Assembly: GCA_023334545.1 (NCBI GenBank)
Contig: JAADVB010000158.1
Span: 1 to 44,399 of the forward strand
Source: Salisapilia sapeloensis CBS 127946
Taxonomy: Eukaryota > Protista > Oomycota
Length of the DNA stretch: 44,399 nt
Reading direction: 5' to 3'
Part shown: positions 31,131-40,900 of the stretch, in pieces
Numbering within the stretch: the stretch's first letter is position 1
How the letters are laid out: each line of letters begins with the position of its first letter
The notes under the pieces: model-generated
Databases searched by the model: none
What the model saw: the letters and a program-made list of their open reading frames with translations, nothing else
What the model was told of the DNA's origin: nothing
Position numbers and translations under genes: made by a program

Positions 31131-32027
31131 ATGTCGATGGATACGGCAAAAGACTTGAACAAGCGCCTGTTGAAGTTCACGCGTGGTGACTCGTCGGACG
31201 TGAACGATGCGTTGGAAGCTCTCCAGGCCTTGGACAGTGCGACCATCACTCTACCGATGCTGAAAGAAACGAAGCTCGGACACACCGTTGCCAAGCTTCG
31301 GAAACACGAGGATGAACGACTAAATGCTCTAGCGAAGAAACTAGTCAAGGAGTGGAAAAACATGGCACAATCGCCTCGACCTACCGGCAAGAGCGAGAGT
31401 ACGTCGGAGAAAGAGCCTGAAACCTCTAAAGTACCTCGACGTGAACTCTTGTCGAAGAAACCAAATGTTCCCTTCCTTCCGGACGGTCTGGATAAATCGC
31501 GTGCTATCGTGCGTACGAAATTGAAAGAAATATTATCGATGAATGAAGATCTCGAGGTGGAAGAAGATATTCGGGAAGATGTCGCGCTATCCATTGAAAT
31601 CGCTATGGCGAGACAGTATAAAATGGGAACGTTGGGCGAGTTGAAGAAGGATTTCACGGCCAAATTCCGCCAGCTTTCGTTCAATTTAAAGAAGAATGGC
31701 GCTCTGCGTGAAAAGCTACTCAGGAACCTCGTGAGTGCGGAAGAATTGATTACGCTACCGGCGGAAGAATTGGCGACGGAAGAGAAACGGAATGAGATGC
31801 AAAAGCTGCGGGACACGGCGTTCCAGAAAGCGAGGTTGGATTGGGCGGATGCGAATGAAGATCGGATTAACAAATCCTTGGGACTGGAGAATGTCCAAGG
31901 ACTGTTCACGTGCGGCCGTTGCAAATCGACTAAGACGAGCAATACGCAGAAACAGACGAGAAGTGCAGATGAACCGATGACGGTGTTTGTCCGATGCAAC
32001 AATTGCGGCAACCGATGGAAGTGCTAG
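31131..32027 (+). CDS. TFIIS: Transcription elongation factor TFIIS (298 aa)
   Basis: N-terminal LW domain (LKETKLGHTVAKLRKH), central domain (RQLSFNLKKN..L..EELAT), and Zn ribbon CGRCKS..QTRSADEPMTVFVRCNNCGNRWKC with the catalytic DE pair intact. First ATG is at 31131. Confidence 0.96.
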   Translation: MSMDTAKDLNKRLLKFTRGDSSDVNDALEALQALDSATITLPMLKETKLGHTVAKLRKHEDERLNALAKKLVKEWKNMAQSPRPTGKSESTSEKEPETSKVPRRELLSKKPNVPFLPDGLDKSRAIVRTKLKEILSMNEDLEVEEDIREDVALSIEIAMARQYKMGTLGELKKDFTAKFRQLSFNLKKNGALREKLLRNLVSAEELITLPAEELATEEKRNEMQKLRDTAFQKARLDWADANEDRINKSLGLENVQGLFTCGRCKSTKTSNTQKQTRSADEPMTVFVRCNNCGNRWKC

Positions 32028-32188
32028 TAGTTATATCTTTATGTTCCCTACGTTAAAACGGCTGTACATTGAACTTGTACTTGTTTGCTTTCTCTTTTCA
32101 CCACGCTTAGTACAGTTCGTAGGAAGAAATAAAGATCGTGCAATGACATCGTAAAGTTGTGTTTTGTTATGCCCAAAATCGTAAAAAT

Positions 32189-32202
32189 ACACACACACAC
32201 AC
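32189..32202. repeat. (AC)7 microsatellite
   Basis: acacacacacacac seen directly. Confidence 0.8.
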
Positions 32203-34600
32203 GTCTGGAGCTTTATGCCATGGTTGTATGGAATGACACTGTATCACATGGATAAGTGGATGAGTAAGAACGCCTTGTTCATGTTTGTTCATGCCGCCTG
32301 GATACATCTTGCTGAGGACAGGTTGCTGGTATACTTTTCTTGACTGTACTCTAGTACTACTCGCAGTTGTACACTACTTTCAGAACTTTAAATACACCGC
32401 TGCAAGGTTATAACTCGGTGGCATCGACAAAGATTAAGGCCGTTGTACTGCCGGATAGCACTGGTGCCCGATAGCACAAAGTGAAATTTCAGCAGTACGG
32501 GTTACAGGATTTCCAAGGAATATGTCCGCATGATATCGGTGGATTGGCTGGGTTCAGTGATGAAATCATGGATATTTGTGCTTTTGATCGCAGCGCCATG
32601 GAAACATTGCTGCCGTCTATGAGCTTGTGGACCTATTGGGATCGATCACAGATAGATAAAATACAATATAAGGCATGGGCACGACTTTCAGGAAGTTAAG
32701 GCGTTCTACCGAAAACCTAGGAATTTTGAAAATGGGTGCTATCCATAATGTTCATAGAAACGTAATCAGGCCCAGTTTGCGTATATGGTATATTGCAGTT
32801 GTCATACCAAGGGGTTAATCCTCTACTTCTCATGGAGGGATGTCTGGAGAGCCTTCTATTTGATCATCACCAACTCCCCATCTTTAGTCTCGATACAAAC
32901 ACGATAGACATGTGCCAATTATTCCAGATATATACTCTACTTTATCCGTAGCAAACTTACACAGAAACTATGAATGGAGGCGGTGCGATCTACAAAGCAT
33001 CTCCAAATTACCAGTTCCTTTAGTATGCGGTAAATGCGGGTTTTCGTATTTTGAGTAGCTATGGTAGCATCCGAAGCACCAGCTTTAACTTACAGCACAA
33101 GTACCTCATCATGATAAGTTGCATAAAGCTCTTTTGGTGCACCACCAACAGAGCTAGCGGATTAAAGCTTGAAAACACAGTAATAAATATTTATATGCTG
33201 CTATCAAATTTCCAATACAATTCTTTACAACTTTTCAACGCAGCTATTCATGATGAGATGAATGCAGATTTTTACTTGTTTACAAAGCGAAAGCAAATTT
33301 TGATCATCATGGTTAGCAAACAGTTCCTGACGAGCATACCTATCAATCTTTAACAGTATCGCTAGCAAGGAACAGTGCAGTAGATCAGACGCAATGTGAT
33401 AATACGATCAGGTGTTACCACCAGTGCAGTTATTCGATGTTAAAACAGCTTCTACGGTGGTTCGCTATAAGCACCAGACAGCCTCTTTGACGCAAGATCA
33501 TCTATGATTCAATAGTACGAACCCTGGCCCAAAGTTTCGCTCATGAAATGCATGCAGATTTCTAACTAGCGTTTGAATCATGGCAAAATAGCATATGCAA
33601 GGCTACCGATTGGTGGTGAAGATCTTTAGTCAGAGGTCATACCATGACTACCCATGAGTGACTCTCAATAGAGCTTTGGTTTGTATACACCTTTCCGCAA
33701 CAAACAAGACATCTTGTGATATATGATGAAGCTAAGATCGAAGGTAGCAATGCATGTTTGCTTTTACCACCCTTATATCACTGCGCTTGTTTTCGTATGC
33801 ATCATGAGCACTACGAATGCATTCGCTTGACTACAGATTGCTCTAAAGTTCAGACTTTGGCCCAAGTTGCTACCGTCAATGGCTAGACTTATACTTCATT
33901 AATCTTGTACACATGCCTGTAGCAACTTGGAAAATTCCATAACACAGCCGGCTATGCGTATCGGAGGTGATAGAAAGAGTGTCTACGGCATCTGAAGGCG
34001 CATGCAGCAGCTCTAATGAAAATTTCGCGTAGCCATTCCCTTGACACGAGACAGTCAGCGATTTGAAAAGACATCGCGAAGACTGCGTTTCGTGTCACGT
34101 TGATAAAACAACGAAGAGTACAAGAAAGAATGAAAGCTATTTGAAAGATCCATGCAGCTCCCCACACCCACAACAGTAAGGCTGGACCGTAGTAAAAATA
34201 GAATCTGGAGTCATCCAACGTATCCGCTGGCACATGCATTCTTGAAACACGCATATCGGATCGTCGTCAGTCCGCACAAAGTATCCACCCTTTCGGGATG
34301 TTCTTGAAGTCGCATGTTCCGACGCAAACGAAGCTCTAACCGATCGAAACACAATTGCAATTCCTTTTTAAAATTCACACACATGCAGATGCGAGATAGA
34401 TGTTCCTTCATGCCTGGTCCGTGTATACACCGTTTCGAGATGTCGTACTGGATATCGTAATCATTCTCGACCAATTTTTCGACTTCTATCTTGGACACAT
34501 CGCATGGGCATCTCGTCAGCATTGACACACAATCATAATAACTTGAATTGAGCTATTTATTCGTCACAAGCGATCACGGAAGCACTGACCATCCTTGAAA

Positions 34601-36775
34601 ATGGCACCGTCCGTCAAAAATCCGACATGGTGGCAGCGACTACGACGACGTCAGTCGCATGACGACAAACCTGATAATTCCGAGAAACAACCCACACTGA
34701 GCACTCGCCAGTGCAAGAGAGAACTCAAGTTCGAAGCTTCGTCCGTCGCAGCGCAAATCGAGTCGCATGTGGTGACATGGAGCTCTGGCGTCGCCCTAGT
34801 CGTTTTGCTTGTCGCGATGCTAATCTGCTTCTTCGTGCCTGCACAAGACTCCAACTCGGTTGGAGACTTCTCGTTACCACCCAGTCCATTGCAATCGCTC
34901 TTGAATCAAGCATCTCACACATCAGCTGCGTATAAAGCTCCATTGGGAGACTCTCGTCGATTGCATGATGCTCCATCCATGCCAGACGTCGACCTGGACA
35001 CTGAAAGATTCATGGACATCTATGCTCGAGGCAGCATTCTCCACACCATTCAGAGTGCCGGTGTCTTTGCGGACAGCAAACACTTTGTCGACATGCCATT
35101 AAAGCGCAATACGAGCGTCTTTGAGGTACTGCTCGACTTCCAAGAGCGACATCTTGCTATGACTGAATATCGAGCGCATTCTGTTGGTTCAGATGAACAC
35201 ATTCGTATGCTACGAGAGTTCTTAGACGACCACTTTGACCCACCAGGCTCGGATCTATTGCCCATCACTCCTATCGACTACCAGGAGCTACAGATGCCAT
35301 CACGCATAGCTGCCATCCAGGATGATGAATTGCGTGATTGGGCATTCGACTTGCATCGTATCTGGCGAACGCTAGGTCGAGTCCCAAAGCCTCAAGTCCA
35401 AGGCTCGTATCTCCATCCGAAGCGACTAGACAAGGTGCATAAGCATCCTCAGAATGCCCATCGAGCACAGGATGTACTGATGGTACCAGGCGGACGATTT
35501 CGAGAAAGCTATTACTGGGACTCGTTCTGGATCGTGCAAGGTCTGCTCGTGAGTGAAATGAACCACACGGCACGGAGTGTCGTGTCCAACTTCCTCGAGT
35601 ATGTCGACGAGTTCGGATTCATACCGAATGGCGGTCGCATCTATTACCTAACACGATCACATCCTCCTCTCCTCTCCGAGATGATCCGCTTGGTCGCTCA
35701 AGTCTCATATGGACATGATCCAAGTCGCCACCTACAAGAAGGAGAATTTGATCTGGACTATTTAAATGCAACTGTTCCCCTGTTAGAGAAAGAGTATGCT
35801 TTCTGGATGCAAAGAGGACCATGTGGACATGCAGTGGAACTACCACGACAAGTCGTGGATGGCAATGGTATCGTCTTGAACGTCACGTACGTCTTAAACC
35901 GGTACACTTCGAATGCAAACTTTCCACGCCCAGAAGCCTATCGAGAGGACATTTCCACGGCAGAAGAACTGTTTAAGAATGCAGCGAAGAAGAAAGAGAC
36001 AAGTGAACCTATTGAAACGTTTAAGACACGGTACTACAATAACATCATCGCTGCGGCTGAGAGCGGGTGGGACTTTAGTAGTCGATGGATGCGAGACCAT
36101 CAGACTCTGCGCTCTGTCTTTACAGACTCTATACTGCCAGTGGATCTGAATGCGATCTTGTATCGCATGGAACGGAACCTGATGGACTTCCATCTGCGTC
36201 TAGGTAATGCTGACAAGGCAGAAGAATTTCAAGTGGCTGCAGCTCAGAGACTCGTGGCGATGGACCACATACTCTGGAGCGAAGAAGAGAGCTCGTGGAA
36301 GGACCTTAACATGGAGAACGATTCGTTCGTAGATGTCACGTCCATTTCGGACTTTACACCGCTGTGGGCTGGTGCCTTTGATAGGAGCAATACGACACGA
36401 CTTCAGAACGTCGTTCATGCGTTAAATAACTCCGGTCTGCTGCATGTTGGTGGCGTCTGGACAACCAACAGACGCACCGGACAGCAGTGGGATGCACCGA
36501 ATGCATGGCCACCGGAACAAGACATCATTGTCGAAGGTCTCGTGAACGTCAATACGAGTGAATCGATGGCGTTAGCGCAAGACTTGGCAAAAAAGTGGAT
36601 GAAGACGAGTCTCAAGGCATGGCAGCAAACGGGTTTGATGTTTGAAAAGTACAATGGGTCGGAAGTAGGTGGACTCGGAACGGGTGGGGAATACTTTCCT
36701 CAGTTCGGCTTTGGATGGAGCAATGGCATCATCCTCAAGTTCCTGACGAAATTCCAATACCTATTACAGCCATAG
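34601..36775 (+). CDS. Trehalase, GH37, with N-terminal membrane anchor (724 aa)
   Basis: DSKHFVDM, VPGGRFRESYYWDSFW, GFIPNGGRIYYL, AAESGWDFSSRW, VDLNAILY, QQWDAPNAWPP, FEKY and GGEYFPQFGFGWSNG. TM segment GVALVVLLVAMLICFFVP. First ATG is at 34601. Confidence 0.96.
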   Translation: MAPSVKNPTWWQRLRRRQSHDDKPDNSEKQPTLSTRQCKRELKFEASSVAAQIESHVVTWSSGVALVVLLVAMLICFFVPAQDSNSVGDFSLPPSPLQSLLNQASHTSAAYKAPLGDSRRLHDAPSMPDVDLDTERFMDIYARGSILHTIQSAGVFADSKHFVDMPLKRNTSVFEVLLDFQERHLAMTEYRAHSVGSDEHIRMLREFLDDHFDPPGSDLLPITPIDYQELQMPSRIAAIQDDELRDWAFDLHRIWRTLGRVPKPQVQGSYLHPKRLDKVHKHPQNAHRAQDVLMVPGGRFRESYYWDSFWIVQGLLVSEMNHTARSVVSNFLEYVDEFGFIPNGGRIYYLTRSHPPLLSEMIRLVAQVSYGHDPSRHLQEGEFDLDYLNATVPLLEKEYAFWMQRGPCGHAVELPRQVVDGNGIVLNVTYVLNRYTSNANFPRPEAYREDISTAEELFKNAAKKKETSEPIETFKTRYYNNIIAAAESGWDFSSRWMRDHQTLRSVFTDSILPVDLNAILYRMERNLMDFHLRLGNADKAEEFQVAAAQRLVAMDHILWSEEESSWKDLNMENDSFVDVTSISDFTPLWAGAFDRSNTTRLQNVVHALNNSGLLHVGGVWTTNRRTGQQWDAPNAWPPEQDIIVEGLVNVNTSESMALAQDLAKKWMKTSLKAWQQTGLMFEKYNGSEVGGLGTGGEYFPQFGFGWSNGIILKFLTKFQYLLQP

Positions 36776-37077
36776 GAGTTAGGAGCATGCGTGCATCAGA
36801 ACGAGTAAGCCGACATTGTATGGAAATAGAAGCATCTACGAAAACTTATTGTGTTATCATGATAACTTTTCTTCTTGTCTACTCTGCATTTTCACTGCAC
36901 TACCACAAAGATATGGTCATGCACATTGCTATATCATACAAACGGTTGCGGAGAGGCACACATGACGGAACTGATAGCTACTGCTGTGTGCTAGATCAAA
37001 GGTAAATGAGTCGAGGAATGATGAAGGCAAAATGATTTCCATGTTGCTGATGATTTCAAGCAAAGCCGGTTGCTTTT

Positions 37078-37861
37078 CTACTGGGCCGAGAAGACGTACG
37101 GCTTGGCGTTGCGGAAAGTCGACATGTCCTTGATCGAGTTCGCGTGGAACTTGTACTCGATGAGCGTGTTCGGGTCGAGCATGAGAATCTCCTTAAGCTT
37201 CTCACCGATGGCAAAGCGCGCCGTGTCGTCCGTATTGTCCGAGTTCCAGACCGACAGCATGTCTTCCTTGGATCGGATGGCCATGGCAATGCCGACAACA
37301 TCCTTGTGCTCAAAGATTTCTCCGATGGCAGCAAAGACCAGGTCCTGCCACATTTTACCGAGCACATTGTTCTTCTTCTTGATCTTGAGAATCCAGCAAC
37401 CGCCTTGCGGGAACGCTTCCCACATCGGTGCACAGTTCGGCAAGTCACGGAACAAGTATAGGTTGACATCACGCGGCAATTGGGAAGGTCGCTTCACGTG
37501 GACGTAGTGACGCCAAAAGTCCTCGACGGTATTGAACGTCGCGATTTTCTGAAGGTTCGATTGGTACGTTCTATCGTGCATGACATTAGAAAGCGTCCGA
37601 CATGGCTATCAACAAGTAAGCCGTACCCAACATCGATTTTCTTGGGCAATTTGCGGTCATACCTATTGTCAAGACACATGAGCGGATGCCAGTCTATTCA
37701 CCAGCACACACATATCCTACCACAACGCCCATCCAGTCTCCAACGGATGCTCGCTCTCCTGCCCAGCCTTGTCTTCCACTTCTTTCGAATTAAAAAGCTA
37801 ATCAATCATACAAGGCATGCACTGGAGAAGCATCTAGCCTACCTGCAGTCGTATTGCTCAT
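37078..37861 (-). CDS. eIF4E-family cap-binding protein, non-class-I type (4 exons, 202 aa)
   Basis: Exons 37861-37843, 37781-37721, 37662-37627, 37570-37078 with introns of 61, 58, 56 nt. Spliced core: HPLETGWALWYDRK..TYQSNLQKIATFNTVEDFWRHY..YLFR..PMWEAFPQGGCW..WQDLVFAAIGE..LSVWN. Confidence 0.92.
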
Positions 37862-37968
37862 TCTTGTCCACTTTTGTGTCCATTCAAAGTCACTGACGTA
37901 AAGTATACGCTTGCCAAAGAAAAGAAAATATATCCCATGCGTTAAAAGAAAAAGAGGCTCGTCTCAGT

Positions 37969-40900
37969 CTACGCCTGCTCCCCCAACGCCTCCATCAGCT
38001 CTTCCACGTCCTCTGCATTGTTCACGTACAAGTGCGCATGACTAGGCTTCTTCCCAACCGTGCACGTAAACACATGCTGCAGCACACCCGCTCGTCCATG
38101 CACACTCTCTTCCGATCGTTCCGCATAGTAGTCGTAAATCGCTTTAAACATACTTTCATCCGTCGAATCGTCGCCAATGCAAAAGATAAACTCCGGGTGA
38201 GAGCCGTAGAGCATCGAGTTCTGTGTCAAGATACGTCTCGCCACAACGCCCTTGTTCAATCCATCCGGAACAATCTCTAATTGCCCCTTCTTACGAACGA
38301 TATTCACCGGATACTCGGCTAACAGAGGTTCCAAGTCCGCTTGCAACGAGTTCACTTGGAGCATACCCCACTCCGGATCCGTCGACCGGTAGTTCCAGCA
38401 GATACACTGCTCCAGATACCGGACGACACTGCCATTCGTACGACCACAGTACGCTTTCAAGATCGGATCCACAAGCTCCCGAAGAGGTGCCCAGTCAAAT
38501 TGGATCGACTGACGATGCCACATGCGTCCATCGTCTAGCGTCTCGACGTTCCCACCGACCATGTCAGCCATCTGTCGAGCCTTTGACTTGCCCCACGAGT
38601 ACAACGCACCTGTCTCTGCAGCTAACCCGACTTCGGGCAAGTGCCCGATCGAGTTCATGAGACTCTTGCGACTCACGCCACTGACGACAAAGACCGTGTT
38701 CATCGGATCACTACTCAGCTTCCGCAACGCTTCGACCATCCGAGGCGACGGCTTCTTGCCTGTCACGGCCGTAAAGTCCTTCTTCACGTACATGGACATG
38801 TTCTCTCGAGGCACAAGCGTCCCACCATAGTCCAAGAGAAAGACACGACGTCGAGACGGACTGTATGCGTCCAAGACACGTCCAATCTTAAGCTGCTTAA
38901 AGTCAGATGCGTCACCGATACGTAGTACATGCGACCCACCAATCTCGTGATCCATGTACCCCATATCAGTGAACTCATCTTCATCCTTCTCACTCTCCTG
39001 TAACACCGTCAGCACTTGCTTGGTCCAGTTCGCAGCTGGCTGGTTGGTTAGATACGGCAAGTCGCGAGCACGTCGACCCAGTCGCTCTTCATCACTCATA
39101 GTCAGCGCCTGGTCCAAGGCGTTGACAACACCCGTGATGTTCCAAGGATTGATACGAATGCCGCCATTCAAGACACAGCAACAGGCGCTGAACTCACTCA
39201 CGATGACGACGCCAGGTCGACTCTTCTCTGCCTCGCCCTTTGCAAGGACAAACTCGAGCGGACGTAGGTTCAAACCTTCTCTCGTAGAAGTGACCAACAA
39301 GATATCACACGCTAGCCACAAGACAAGACGTTCATCTAGCGACAGAGGACTCTGCGGCACTTCATAGTCGATACAGCCTTCGCCATGCTGACTCGTGATC
39401 CGATCGACGAGCTGCTGGACTTCGTGCTTACTCCACTCTTGGTCTCCAGGACGTGACTTGGCTTGATAGCATCTCTGGACGAGACACAGCTTGTCTTTCC
39501 ACGCCGGACACATGTTGAAGAACTGTTCAAAGGCGAGGAGCTTGAGAGGAACGCCACTAAGACGCTGGCAGACGTCTACGCCGGCAATGAGGATCTTGCC
39601 CTTGTGCTTTTCACGCAACTGACGAGCAGCTTCCAGGACCTCTGGTTTTTTCAACGCCTTTCGAATTGCTTCTGTCTCGAGACCAACGTGGCTGATCGTA
39701 ATGACGACATTCTTCCCTCGATAATCCACGCCTAAGTTCCCTCCACTTCGAGATTGGTACGTGAGACCAAGGAAGCGCTTACAGGCGTTGAGGAAGTGTC
39801 GAGCGTGGTCGAACGAGTGGAAACCCACGACGTCAGCAGCTAAGACGCCTTCAATCAGCTGTGGGCCATGCGATAGCTCTCGGAAGATCTCGGACGTCGG
39901 GAACGGGACATGGAGGAAAAAGACCATACGAGGTGGTGTCCGCTCCTGCTGCTTACATAGCTCCACGACGTTGGATGGGAATAGGAGGAGATGATAGTCA
40001 TGCACCCAAATCGTATCTTTCTTCCCCATCATATTCACCAATTGATTCGCAAGAATGTGGTTCACGCGTTGATAGGCACTCCACCACGCACCATTCTGAC
40101 GCTCTTCCTTACCCTCAATCTTCTCTGCAGTGTCCCACACAGCAGAGTAAATGTCCAGAATGTCGACGTTATGGAACATGGGCCATAGTTTGCTCTTGCA
40201 GTACCCTTGGTAATGGTCTGCCGCGAGCATACGATCGATAAAGACTGGGATGCAGTCCATACCGGCTAAAAGAGACGTGATCTGCTCTTTGTCCGAGTCG
40301 GACAAGTCCTCATCGTCTCGACGCGCTTGGTACGTGACACATCCGACCCACTTGACTGTCATGGTCTCAGCGATACTGCCTTCCGATCTCGAGATAAGAC
40401 TGTCTCGATTCCACTCGGCCGTCCAGACACCATCGTCACTCGATTTGGAAAGCTTGACAGGGAGGTGGTAGCACACGAGGAACAACGTCGCTTCTGGATC
40501 CGGCACAAAGTTACTCGGAAGGTAACGCTTGTACCTCGACTGGAGTTTCGATTCACGCTTTTGACGGAGGAATTGAGAACCAGAACGGACCATCTTGGGA
40601 CTAGTCAATCGACTACCAGACGTCCCGAGCGCCTGCTCGCTTTCATTCGACGTTTCCGATTGCTCGTCCGTCTTGGATTCTTCCGGTGCCATTGACACGT
40701 CTTCCACATGACGACGTTCAAAGACAGACGTAGGCGACGTCCCGCTGTTATCGAACGGCACGAGCGTCATTTCGTCGTCGTACTCGCCGAAATCTTCTAG
40801 GACAGTCATCTCTCGTCCGTCCGGCACGAGCACTCTCTCCGTATCGATCGGTTCCCACGCACTCAAGGTGCCACCAGCAAATAGTGCATACATGTACTGA

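Noticed and set aside
31106-32011. 301-aa antisense ORF spanning TFIIS
   Set aside because: The S/F/L-rich translation mirrors a K/E-rich sense protein, has no domain, and is best explained as a shadow ORF.
32240-32480. Faint resemblance to a pogo/Tc1 DDE transposase (WMSKNALFMF..; IKAVVLPDSTG)
   Set aside because: Too short and discontinuous; no TIRs, target-site duplication or catalytic motif could be shown.
33248-33332. Possible C/D-box snoRNA (ATGATGA...CTGA, about 80 nt)
   Set aside because: No convincing terminal stem or recognisable rRNA guide; the motifs are expected by chance in a CATG-rich region.
1453-37861. ZNF598 plus a 4EHP-like eIF4E as a linked ribosome quality-control module
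   Set aside because: They are 34 kb and 15 genes apart, and the eIF4E is not clearly class II.
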